64,000 nt of DNA from Dicyema japonicum (Eukaryota > Animalia > Dicyemida), in contig RDEW01000013.1 of assembly GCA_011109175.1 (NCBI GenBank), forward strand, positions 783,221 through 847,220, read 5' to 3'. Shown here piece by piece: positions 52,070 to 64,000 of the stretch (position 1 is the first letter of the stretch; each line of letters begins with the position of its first letter). The notes beneath the pieces were generated by a model. It was not told the DNA's origin. It made no database searches and saw nothing but the letters and a program-made list of their open reading frames with translations. A program made the translations under genes and the position numbers.

Positions 52070-53561
52070 ATAATTTTTGTTCCACTTTGCTTTTGGTAAG
52101 TTCCACTTTGCTTTTGGTAAGTTCCACTTTGCTTTTGGTAAGTTCCACTTTGCTTTTGGTAAGTACCACTTTGCTTTTGGTAAGACCACTTTGCTTTTGG
52201 TAAGACCCACTTTAAACCTGAAATGGTATAGAAAGGACACTCACACAAGAAAAAGAAAAAAAGAAGTGAAGATCATTCCTTGGTTCTACGATTAGTTAAA
52301 ATTAACTGTTCTTTACTTAAATAAAGTGTGTGTCCTGCCTATGCGGAGCTATAAAAATACTATGGCTCTCGTGAAAAGGCTTTATTATTATTATTATTAT
52401 TATTATGGTGATTAATCTATATTGGGTGAGTCATATCTGAATCAATAGTTTATGACAACTCCTATTCATACAAAAAGTATCACAAATTTATCCAAATAAA
52501 GATGCGGTAAAGACGTCTCATTTAGAACCCAATAGTCTCCCATCCGAATCCTCTATAATAAGAATAGTTCGTTCCAACTAACGGATTCAAAATAGTGGAG
52601 ATCGGAAATACACTTAATTGACTGCTAATTCTCTACTTTGTGTACTTAAGATTAATAAAATAAAAATAAAAAAATTAAAAGGATTAAAACCGGGTTGGAA
52701 TATTTGAAAGCGTATGTAGTCACTCATGTCGTGATTAGTTATGGGTTCGAATCCTCACACCGTTACCTACCTTGTCGAAGGATTTCTTACTGTTTCGTAC
52801 TCTCCTTAAATTCTAAGAGGCTTCATATGATCCACCTATCTCAGAAGATGGCATTCAAAAAGCATCTCTCTTTTCTACTGCACTGGGAGGATTTCCATGA
52901 CTGAGAATTTGGATTGGTTTGTTGCATGGAAAGAACGCCTCTAATTCGGACATCATTTTTAATTATCTTAAATTATTTACGAAACCGGGTTTCTCATTTG
53001 TCAATGTCCCGAAATACGGAAGTAGATTGACCCAATTGATTCAAGTACGATAGGACGCCTTTATCGATGAGCCGATTAAGCATCACAGGCGTAGGATGAT
53101 GCTGTTAATTGAGGGAACTGGAATTACTAAACTGTTCGACTATAATAATAATTTCCTTCTCAGTGACGCCGAGGGTTTAAAAAATAGAGTATAATCTAAC
53201 ATTTCACATAGTCTATCCACCATTATTTCATTTTTTAAATAAAAACAGTTTAATGCTACAACTACTGAATGCTCTCACAATTGAGAACGCATTTCCCCCG
53301 ACGATTATTTATTCTGAGATCAATAAAATCAATATTGACCATTAATTAACATATCTGAATTTTTAAAAATTCAAGACTTTTTTTACGAAAATGTATACAA
53401 TTCAACTGGAATCGACATCACATAAATCTGTGAAGAAAACGTTGTATGAAATCTTTTGGTTGAGAGGGAGGCTCGAAGTGGCGGTGATCTGAGAGAGCGT
53501 TTACGCAATCTTGGCCTCTTTATAAGAATTTAGTTGATTTCTCATAAATAAAACCTTTATA

Positions 53562-55880
53562 CAGTATGACCTCCATTTGGGGCAGACCTCTGGCTTGGAA
53601 AACCTCTATTTTTGAGGAAACCTCTGTTTTTGGGGTAGTTTGAAAATGGCATAATTTTTATGCGGTATTTTCCAAATTTGGAAATTATCGGAACTTCTAT
53701 GTGGGGCACTTGATTTTTAATTTATATACATATTTGCTTTTAATATTAAAATTGATTATATAAAATTTTATTTTGAAACCTCGTGTAATTTTTGCATACT
53801 TGTGGTTATGAGTAAGCTTAGTCTTGAGTTAAGGATTAAAGTTGCTAAGGAAATAAGTGAAAATGAACATCGGACTGAACGAGATAATGTAAATAAATAC
53901 AAAATTAGTAGGTTGTTTTGTAATTTCAGTTTTTAGGCGCTGTGTCACGTATAAAAATTTATCTCAATTTTTTAATACTGGAACTGTTCAAACAGATTTT
54001 CTCAGAAAAAATCAACGCTCTCCTAGTGCTTTATCTAAAAAATTGGATAAAATCGTTTATGAGACTTTCACTAAGACAAGGGAGGAATTCATTCCTGTGT
54101 CCGATCCTCTCTTTTTTAATGTAGCAAGGATGTTCAATTATTAGCCGTTAAAAGGGTCCAATGGCTGGTTGGGAAATTTTAAGAAAAGACATCAGTTGTC
54201 GACAATTATTAAGACAATTAGTGGAGAGAAAAACTCTTCCGATGTTTCGTTGCTTGGTATGTTTTTTGCCAAGTATGATGAATACGTAAAAGAATATGGT
54301 CTTCCAAAATATTTTTAGTTGCGACGAAGCTGATTTATTAAAAGGATACCGTCAAAATCCGAGTGAAGACTGTTTCGGTATTAAAAGAAGCAAGGAAAAG
54401 GTCACGATACTTTTCTCAATCAATGCTCGTGGAGAAACATTGAATCCATTATTAGTGGGGAAATTTAAATCTCCATACTATATGAAAAACTTGAACCCTG
54501 AAGAATATGGAGTTTCTATTCAAAATTCTTGGATGACGTCAGAAATATTTATTACTTGGCTCACCATTACAAATGATTAAGCAAAAGATAAAAATTGGTT
54601 TGTTACTTGATAACGCAAGTTGTCACAGGAATATCCATCTTTCCAACATTGAATTGACTTTTTTTCTTCCAAAAATGCAACCTCAATAATTCAATCGTTA
54701 GACATGGGTGTTATTAAATCCTTTAAGTCTAATTATCTTAACGCTTTAATGGATTTTACTCTTTCTTTTGGAAACGTTGAGCTACAAATGTTTAATTAAA
54801 AAAATAAATCTGTCATAATAATTGTTGGGAAAAAATCCTGAAACGAATTGTTGGGAAACAATTAATAACTGTCGGCAACTGATTCCTAATTCAAATTTTT
54901 AGTTAATAATGAAAAAGAAAATTTTGACACCGTAATTGCAGGTGTAATTACTGAAAATAAAGAAGAAAATGATGATGAGTCAAAATATGATCAAACTGTA
55001 TGCAACTGTTCACACTTGGACACAATAACAGGAATGAATAACCTTGATGAGAATATTCACCGTTTGTTTCCCGGCGCGTTAAAAAACTATCACAATTTCA
55101 TAAAAATATTGGGCATACATATGAAGAAATCTGCAACAGGACACAAAATAACAGATTATTTTCGTGTAATTTTTTTTAAACAAAATAATTTTTTAACAAT
55201 TAAACAAATGTCAGTTACGGAAGCCTGCTGCGTGGATTGCGAACGAATTCCCTCGTGTATGGCCAATCTTCTGTCTTAGCCATAACCCTTCTCGTTGATC
55301 CCTTTTCTTTCTGGCAAGCAATCCTCTGAGTTCTCGCAAAAACTCAGCCGTGATTGGACCAACGGCTCCGATGATTCGGTCGCAATAGGAGTAAATCGGT
55401 AGCGATCTCCGAGGCAAAAATATTTCTTGATTTTTATGTTCTCCGCAGTCGAAGCAGCTGCTACAGGTGTCTGAACCGATTTGAAAATATTCGTGCTTGA
55501 GAACGTGTCTACACAAGTTGAGTCCCGGACCAAAGATCTTCCAGACGTGAAGGGGAAAAATGGTCATCCCGTCAGGTCTCTTTCCATCCTATTTTCCATT
55601 TTCGTGTAATAGAATAAAAATGTCAGTTAAGGAAGCCAGCTGCGTGGATTGCGAACGAATTCCCTCTGAGTATGGCCATTCTAATCTTTTGTCTTAGCCA
55701 TAACCTTTCTCGTTGATCCCTTTTGTTTTCGGCAAGCATTCCTCCGAGTTTTTCTGTTTAAAAAATACATTAGTTATCAATAAAATTAATGGAAAATATG
55801 CTAAAGTATTTATAAAAATGAAGAAAATGTCGGACCGTTATTTTTATGGAAACCTCTGTTTTTGGAGCAATTTTTCAAAA
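53562..55880 (+). mobile_element. Degraded pogo/Tigger element carrying two nested CRE-like insertions
   Basis: TA|CAGTATGACCTCC terminus, SNGWLGNFKKRH, FSCDEADL, KEKVTILF, LLLDNASCH, QSLDMGVIKSFK, C-terminal KITDYF. The right end was not identified. Confidence 0.8.
55171..55597 (-). mobile_element. 5'-truncated CRE-like insertion with target-site duplication
   Basis: DGKRPDGMTIFP...TCVDT...KIKKY...WLRQKI. 13-bp TSD ATTTTCGTGTAAT at 55158-55170 and 55598-55610. A second near-identical 3' end lies at about 55615-55752. Confidence 0.88.
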
Positions 55881-55889
55881 TGGATGCCC

Positions 55890-56095
55890 CTCTACGATGC
55901 TTTGACTTGACGATTGACGCCGTCATCAGTCAACATTTCAGCGCGGAATCGGATCCTCTAAAAAGGAATCACACCCAACTAAAAAAAGAAGTGAAGATCA
56001 TTTCTTGGTTCTCCCTGTACGATTAGTTATGATAACTGTTCTTTACTTAAAATAAAGTGTGTGTCATGAGCTATAGGTAATATGGTTTTTGTAAA
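55890..56095 (+). mobile_element. Partial copy of the tRNA-derived SINE
   Basis: TCTACGATGC, TGACGCCGTCATCAG, AAGAAGTGAAGATCATT, AATAAAGTGTGTGTC. Confidence 0.82.
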
Positions 56096-57476
56096 AGTGC
56101 AGTATTAAAATATCAGCGTTTCTCGACGGGGTTCCTGGGGACCCCTATGGCTCCTCAATGCATGTGTCGCAATTCTGTAGTGGGAAACGATTCCTCAAAC
56201 CTTCCAAATTGATGAGATCAGACATTACAATCCCAGAACATGGTAAAACCAAACTAATTATTACGTCATCCCGATGTGTTCCATTAGAGACCTAATCTTG
56301 GCTTGGTGTTCTTCCCTCGTGTCCGCGCATGACCATATTTGGTGGCCAACTGAATTTAATTTTTAGTTACAAATTTAATATTTTCTTCTTCTCTCGGGGG
56401 AAATGTTTGATTTAGGATGGAACCCGTACCGACACCTTTTCACTGTCGAGACTTGCTGGTTCCACATTGAAAGCTGGAGAGGCTGCTCGGACATTCAATA
56501 ATTTCAAGATAAAAAAATACGACAACCACAAGATTCCACGTACAGCCCATTGTTGTCGAGATGAGTGGAGTCTTTGGACCCAAGACGGTATCTTTTCTAA
56601 GATCGCTTGGGTCAATGATTTCGAAAGTTTAGTAATGAGCGCCGGGAAACCGAATGGTTGTTCCAAAGGATTACTGATGATTACCCTTGTAACTCCACCA
56701 AAATAATCCGTCATTTATACTATTTTTTTAATTACTGTAATTTAATTGTTAAAAAGAGAAGTCCGTTGTTGTTGCAAGATTAGTGAGGTCATTCATTTCC
56801 TATAACGAAAGTCTCTACAACAAATTGAGGATGACGGAATCGTGCCCATAGAACAAAAATGCTGGAGTGAAGATCAGATTGGTGATGGTGACCAAGAGAT
56901 TGCAGTTAGAGAGCTAAGGAATGGCTCAAAACGAAAGAGAATAAATTAATACAACCAATCAATTTTAAATAGTCTAATTCTGACTTTTGGCTTACCCAGC
57001 ATAGGGAAATAATTTGGTAAATCTGCTTAAAGAAATCTGGAAACGGTAGTTTGACGCTTGTCGAGTAGCAACTACATGCGAACTATTTGGAAGTTGCTTG
57101 ATAAATGGAATAAGTTGGTCTGTCCGCTGCAAATATAGGCAGTTTTATCCACGAGTAGGGGACCCACATGAATGCCTTAATATGTTAAATCTAGATGTAC
57201 TAACTGCTCATCAAACATGTTATTGAATTAACTTTCAAAGTAAACAATCTAAAGTATTACAGAACTTTCTAACTTATTAAGTCGATTGGGGACTTTTATT
57301 AGTAAAACTAATATTGATTATAATCTTGCTGGTCCCACGATGGATCACCTACGTCAACTGTTTTTAAATAATTCGCTTTATGTTCTATGAATTTTCGACG
57401 TAAAATGAAATATGGTAGAAAATAATTATAATTTTATTTAATTTTATATTTTGATTTCTTAATTTAATAATAATAA

Positions 57477-57995
<519 letters not shown>

Positions 57996-58719
57996 TTTAT
58001 TAATTATTGCTTTCTTATATTATTAATTCAGACTATTACATCCCTCATTTCTTATGCTCTTCTCCCTTGAAAGCCCCCTTCTCACGATTTGCAAGGAAAT
58101 ACACCGAATAACTCATCCCTCTTCCAAACAATCCAATACATTAGCCATTTTAGAAATTGTGAATTGAAGCTTCTGAATCATCATGAATATGTTAATGTGA
58201 TAGGAGAAATAGGATTTATTAAACTATTGAAATATAACAATAAATTTAAACACTTATGGACTGTTTGAGTGAGCACTTGTGAATTTGAATCAACAAGAAA
58301 CTACTGATGTAGGAAAAATCAATTTATAAATATAATCAGTAAGACATGTCTGTGAATATTATTCTCATGATGTTTTAGTAATTATCAATTTTCTAATTTA
58401 AGAAAAATTTAAATCAATATTAATAATTAATGGTTTATTCTCGGGGTTTATTTGTTTTCTGTCAATTCGTTTCCATTCGTCTTAAACAGTTTTGGAGGCA
58501 GTCTGAGTCAACAGAAGGGAGGGGGCTCTTCTCTATAATTGCTTTAAGCACATTCCACTTCCGGAGCCACAAGATTTCTTCATCGTGATGAGAGAAGGTT
58601 GAATATCGTTGTATTTAATAGTTGTTTTAATTTTTCGAACAAAAAGGAGGTCAAAAACAAACCACCAAATTTCCCCTAACAATTACCATACAATACGTTC
58701 GCGGGAACAACGCTGCCCC

Positions 58720-59180
58720 AAGGATCCCCCAACCTGGACGAGATTGAATATGATTTAAATCAAGCATGTTAAACTCAGTTTTTCGTATATCTGAAATGTA
58801 TTAGCAGTTCGACTTTGATCAGGGATGACAGTCGTGTTCTCTAAGAAGATTTTGTTGACTTCATAAAGAAAGCAACTATTCGCACATAGGTGGAACCGAA
58901 CATTGCCATAATCCTCGTTGAAAACTATCTGAAGTTTGTAATCCTTTCATGAAGGTATGGATAGAAGCCAGGTATCCCCACATCGAAGTATTTGCTCTTA
59001 GTCTTGAATCAGACTACATTTCTATTATTCCATCTGCAAGTTTTCAGGTTTCCTTTTTTTCTTAGATGAAGATGGAATTCTAAATGGGGTCAGTTTTCCC
59101 AGTCCTTTAAAAAACAATGTAACAACGATTTCACAAGATAATTTATTGTTGTTTTCAAATTTGCTAAAATTACCCCCACT
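58720..59180 (-). mobile_element. hAT (SPIN/GTF2IRD2-like) 3' relic
   Basis: MAMFGSTY.CE..S.MKSTKS..RTRL dimerisation motif. TIR-like CAAGGATCCCCCAACC at about 58720. Confidence 0.6.
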
Positions 59181-59271
59181 TTGAGAGGCCCGTTTGACAG
59201 ATGATTTAAATTATTCGAATTTTTTAAAGCACATCCGCGTTACCAATAATCACTGTTTATGGTTTCGCTTG

Positions 59272-59433
59272 TACAGAACACACACTTTATTTTAAGCAAA
59301 GAAAAGTTAACATAGCTAATCGATGAGGGGGAACCAAGAAATGCTCTTCACTTTGTTTTTTTTCTTGCGTGTATGTCCTTTATAGACGATCCGGTTCCGC
59401 AGTGAAGTGTTCACTGATGACGGCGTCACTCGT
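59272..59433 (-). mobile_element. Partial copy of the tRNA-derived SINE
   Basis: The reverse complement reads GAGTGACGCCGTCATCAGTGAACACTTCACTGCGGAACCGG...AATAAAGTGTGTGT. Confidence 0.85.
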
Positions 59434-59849
59434 TATTTAAATAGTTATTAATTAAATTAAAAAAACAAATTTTAAATGTATTAATTAATTTAATTTATTA
59501 AGCCAGAAATTTAAACTATCATAGGTGTTCAGAGTGTGTTCTGACACATTTAGGATGAGGACGGGGTTCATGCACACAAATTTTCCGCCAGAAAATTACC
59601 TCAGTCATACTAACTATAGTTTCAAAGCTTCTCAGGAGGATTTCTTTGTAAGAAGACTACTTAAGTGGCCTCACTTTGATTACTTAAGTGGCCTCATTTG
59701 ATCAAGTTCGTTGATGCAAGGTTTGTTTTCCGAGGAACGCCATTCTCGATGCTGAAATCGTACTCGCCTTGGCGACCATGACCGCTGATGGTCCCAAACC
59801 ATAACTTCAGATTTGCGTTTAAGTTCTACGAATAAATTTTGTGTGATCT

Positions 59850-60250
59850 TTAATCCTTCTGGGTGTCGATTGAGCATACAATAGACTCATCCTCTCCGGG
59901 ACTGTTGTCTAGGCCATCTGTCATGAATTCCTTTAATGTATTTAGGTGAGAGACAGTCAACCCCCCTCTTTGAAGCCATGCTGAGATCTTGCGTCTGAGG
60001 TAAGGGAGCTTTGTAGGAGCTGGGTCCTTCTTTAGTTTCCCAGGTTTCAGGATTGGATGAAAACTAGATTTTTTCCATATAGCGGGGATTGATTTGAAAT
60101 TGATCGAATGGTTGAAGATGCTTGTTAGTGCAGAAACAGCAACAGTGCCCAATTTTTTACAGGATCGCTGGGATCTCGTTTGGTCCACAAGAATGTGTGT
60201 TTTTTAACGAAAATCTCCGATGCTACATCTCTCGGCAGAAAATACAATGA
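59850..60250 (-). mobile_element. LINE RT N-terminal fragment
   Basis: LTSIFNHSI..IPAIWKKS..PILKPGK. Confidence 0.7.
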
Positions 60251-60589
60251 TGGATGCCCCCTTTTCGGTTTCAATTTAATGTGTTATGGAATGTCGACTC
60301 TTGTAGAGTTTGTGACTTATTCTCACAAAATTTGTTTAGCCATCTTGTAAGCAAATAAAGATTTATTATTTTTTAATTACAAAAAATTTGATTTCCCACA
60401 TACATAAACACTTCAGACTCTTCAAACGTGATATTATTTGAGAGGGATCCTATACCTCTCTTAAAAAAGTGATATAGACCATATTCCGGAAATAATAAAA
60501 AACAAAATTGTTTTAGTGACCAAGGGTAAAACCAAACTAACTAATGCCTTGATTCTGACACGTTCCAGAAGAACTTTGAGCCAAGAGCT

Positions 60590-60785
60590 GTGATTCAGAG
60601 TACTTGTCCGGGAGTTCAATGAAATTGAAGCATTTTTTTGAATAATATGCCTCTTTTAAAAATAATTCCATGTACCGCTGATGACGCTGCTTCAATGGTT
60701 GGTAAATATAAAGGATTTACCAAAATCTCGCGTACCATCTATTTTCACCATTCACTGTGTCATTCACCGACAACATTTACCAGGG
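60590..60785 (+). mobile_element. hAT Buster-type transposase fragment
   Basis: CTADDAASMVGKYKG and TIHCVIHRQHL. Confidence 0.7.
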
Positions 60786-60799
60786 TTTTCCGAAAAAAC

Positions 60800-61880
60800 A
60801 ATGCCAAAAAATAATCGAATACAAAAAACTTTTAAGAATTTACTAAATCAATATTTTCAATATCATCAATAATTATTTTCATTTCATCGAAAAATATCTT
60901 CAAATTCATTTTTTAATTCAACATATTGCCCTTTCCAGATTTTTATGCTAAAACTGACTGAACCTTCGAATGCAAAAATTAAGAGGAACTTCTGGAGTTG
61001 TTTTCGCAGGTATAAACACTACTTCAGTATTCATTTTTTAGTTCGTTAATTATGGATTCCTTTTTATGACTTCCAAAAGTATTCATATATAATAAAAACT
61101 TTTTATTCGAAAAAATTCATCTTTTCGAAAAACAATGGTTTACCCAGTATTTCATTAGAAATTCGTTCATAGAACCTTCGTAGTTAGTGAATAGACAAAA
61201 CCTCCTTCAGACCCAACAGCACTAATATTTTTTGGAATTTTACATTTAGGAACTTTTTGGGACCTTTCAAAAATAATAAGACTCTGAACAATTTTTCCTG
61301 CTGCAGATATGCAGAATACCACACTGAATCAGGTTTTTTTCGTGTCCTGTTCCACATGCTTCAACATTTTCTACCGATAAAAGAAATTGTTGACGATCCA
61401 AGTTTCTGGTCCATAGTCTTCAGTTGCTATCTTTGATGCGAGCAAATAATCAGCAATTCCTTTTTTTCTTCGATTGGCCTATTATCTTGTTGGCCTTCAT
61501 GTGTTATTCGTATACTTGTCAGGTGATGTCTTTTACAGAAGTTGAAAATCCAAATATCAGAATATTTAAACTAGCAAAGCTTAAATCTCCTTTCAATGAG
61601 CATACGATTTCTCTTAAACGCCAGCTCACAATTGTTTGTGGATGTCTTTCAGATCTAAAAACGCTTTTCTCCCAAAAGTTCCCAATTTAGGTGAAATGGC
61701 TTGTTTTGATGAATTTGACAGATTTGCATTATTTTTGTGCCAGCTTCGTAGACACTTCTATACCTAGTTGTCTAGATGCTTCTGCAATGTTTCCATTGTA
61801 CTCTGACAATTTTTTTAATGCAGAAAGTTTTTCTTTGACTGTATTCTTCTTTGCCAAGTTTGTAAGTTAAAGGTTTGTTT
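60800..61880 (-). mobile_element. Degraded pogo-family transposase
   Basis: EYNGNIAEASRQLGI, WIFNFCKRHHL, TGHEK, CISAAG. Confidence 0.65.
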
Positions 61881-62044
61881 ACTTGATATGCTCATGTCAA
61901 AGATAATGTGCGTATTTGAAATAAATAAATTAAATAACTTAATTAAATTAATTAATAAAATTTAATTCAAAAAATCCGGTAATTGTTAAAAATTATGTGA
62001 GGTCGCTTTCCGTGGTTATAACACTAAAATCTATCAAAACTGAT

Positions 62045-62465
62045 CCCCGCCTACATAATCGACGTTGAGTTGCCTCTCGCGATAGCTAAGAGATCAATTG
62101 GAGAAGGCACCGAGTCTCACGTACGTCGTGGCTTTTTAGTGAAGCTAGGCGTCCAAGTTTCTTTAGGAAACGAAGCGATTTCCCGCTTATTCCTCCTGTT
62201 GTCTAAACAACAATAGGATAAAATGTAAATCGATCGTGTACGCTTCGTACTTTTTTTCCTTTGCCTTCATTTTTTTTCGGCGGCATACAATGTGTCTACC
62301 GTGCTCTCGACAACGTTGGATGGGCAAAGGGGGTCGACGCAAGTAGCATCATACACCAAAAATTTCCCCTCCTCGAATGGAAAATTTTGATTCCATCTCC
62401 TCTGTTCAAGCCAACAGGTTCGAGTATGGAGAGGTATCTAGAAGACTCCAGGGCTCGCTTAGCAA
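62045..62465 (-). mobile_element. CRE-like 3' fragment
   Basis: LEPVGLNRGDG, DATCVDPFA; nucleotide-level match to 47030-47290. Confidence 0.85.
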
Positions 62466-63269
62466 TATAAATAAAAAATACATAATAAAAAAATATTAAT
62501 AAAATACATTACAAACTAATCGTTAGCATTTTAGATAATTTTGTAGAAGGACTTGAAACCTCATAAATTATCTGAATTGGTCGCGAACAGACTGTTCCCA
62601 TACTATTTGAGAGTCAATGATTGTTCCATCACTGAAATTGATATTATCGGATGTTGTGAGTCTTATCTGAAATCATAAAAATTCCACTCAGAAATGATTC
62701 ATCCGTCGAAGAATAGCCCAATAGGAATAAATTTTGAGTTGGGGTTTTCAAAACTTAATTAGGTCAGTAGAAATTTAATGTTACAAGGAGATCATGTAAC
62801 AATAATAGATGCTAAAAATAACAAAATCTTTTATGGATAAAATCACCCTATTTTATTATTTCCAAGAAAATGAAATTTGCCACTTTTTTGAATTTAAAAA
62901 GTTGCAGAGTATGAATTCACACTTATCATCACTCCAACTGAACTTCTTTTCGTTTTCAGGAATAATTTTAATTTTCCTCAGTGGATGAATGATCCATTCA
63001 ATCTTCAAAAATAATTCATCTTATGAAATTAACTTTCAGAATTCCTCAATTTCTCAATTTTGGCAGAATTTCAAGATTAAAAAGCAGTTTCCAAATTTTT
63101 TAATTCGATCTCTCATCATCTTGTACTTACATTTCATATCTTGTCGAGAGAAGATTCAATAATCTTAATTATTAATTGAGAACTGAAGGAAATAAATTGA
63201 AAGTTCTTGAGGTGATATTTGACTTTAGTTTTGACAGCAAGTTTCAAACTGAAAGACAACAAGAGTCTC

Positions 63270-64000
63270 GACCCAGATGGCTTAAATGGTGAATTTTCTT
63301 AACCAACACATTGCGGAAGATACTAGTCAATATTACGCTTCAAAGAATGGAGGGACGCCTAGACTCGTAACTGTCAGCTTATCAAAGTGGCTTCCGCAAA
63401 GGGAGATCAACGTCAGATGCTATATGGAGCTTCAAATGGAGGAGTGCGATTGTTCAAAAATTTAAAATAACGACAACCATTCTGGGGATTGATATGTCAA
63501 AGGCCTTTGATTCCGTCAACAGGAACAAGCTGCTGCAAATTCTAGAGCACTTCTTGGAGGCTCAACGATTAGGATGGTCAGGACACACCTGACGGACACA
63601 AGTTTGATTGTTAGGACTGGGAAAGCTTTATCGAGGACATTTGAAACGACAATTGGAACCCCTCAAGGAGATCTCTATCCCCGATTTTGTTTATTTATCT
63701 GGAGGCAGCTCTACGAGACTTGAAGCCTCATATCGGAGATAATAGCAGCGTGAGGTGGACTTTATTTCGAATAACAAAGAAGAGTTAATTGCACTTTTGG
63801 AGAAAAATACCTGATAAAATAGCTGAATGGTCATTAAAAGTAAACAAAAACAAAACCGAAATCACGGAGCTAAAAAGAACTGAGTAAAGAACCGAGTAGC
63901 ACTGGTGTAGATAAAAAAACTAAAGTCCCTTCTCGGTAACACCGAAGATTTAACACGAAGGAAGACACTAACTAATGTCGCTTTCATCAAAATGAAGAAG
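63270..64000 (+). mobile_element. Degraded RTE-like LINE RT region running off the window end
   Basis: QSGFRKGRSTSD, ILGIDMSKAFDSVNR, GTPQGD; homologous to 38346-39611. Confidence 0.85.

Larger units (their letters stand above)
50445..52228 (+). mobile_element. Intact IS630/Tc1/mariner-superfamily DNA transposon (1784 bp)
   Basis: TA duplication at 50443-50444 and 52229-52230, confirmed by the empty site GTCTAGAAAGG at about 2888. TIRs start TACCATTTCAGGTTTAAAGTGG; left 50445-50664, right 52068-52228. Confidence 0.96.
50279..52402 (+). mobile_element. Full-length tRNA-derived SINE (about 340 bp) split by the IS630/Tc1-like transposon
   Basis: A-box TGGCTTAGTGG, B-box GGTTCGAATC, (TTA)n tail, and a 13-bp TSD TTATGGTGATTAA at 50266-50278 and 52403-52415. 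Confidence 0.93.

Noticed and set aside
50348-52295. Repetitive ORFs (PKAKWVL, QKQSGTY, AKVTRSF) in the ORF track
   Set aside because: These are by-products of 21-bp stop-free repeats, open in several frames on both strands.
8925-52780. Isolated GGTTCGAATCC B-boxes (about 8935 on the minus strand, about 52745 on the plus strand) as tRNA genes
   Set aside because: No cloverleaf can be folded; they are probably heads of decayed SINEs.
59655-59703. Small local tandem duplications (also about 17885-17930 and 47881-47927)
   Set aside because: These are two-copy slippage-type duplications inside decayed sequence with no further structure.

Overview
This is AT-rich eukaryotic nuclear DNA, most likely from a fast-evolving animal parasite. 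RPB2 is clearly animal-type, and the tiny introns plus a shortened 18S V4 suggest a dicyemid or a similarly reduced lineage (inference only). Eight recognisable host genes occupy roughly 12-13 kb: LIG1 (runs off the left edge), an SLC7/LAT amino-acid transporter, an ACOT13-like thioesterase, RPB2, an SLC35F-like transporter, a histidine acid phosphatase, dCMP deaminase, and a di-ubiquitin with a divergent second unit. Seven of the eight are split by about 50 ultra-short introns (20-31 nt, mode 22 nt) with almost no signal beyond GT..AG. Each gene start sits at or just after a near-pure A/T island. The rest of the window is a patchwork of transposon debris: about 18 CRE-like (RLE) non-LTR fragments, RTE-like and other LINE pieces, pogo/Tigger and hAT relics, a structured tRNA-derived SINE family, an 18S rRNA fragment and a tRNA-Glu half. 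The cleanest element is an intact IS630/Tc1-like DD35E transposon (50445-52228). It has terminal inverted repeats built from 21-bp tandem units plus a second phased 21-bp array, and it sits at a TA inside a complete SINE whose empty-site sibling is also in this window. Many single-base deletions in conserved genes look like long-read consensus errors, so gene integrity cannot be judged from this sequence. Fragment coordinates are approximate unless a TSD or TIR defines them.
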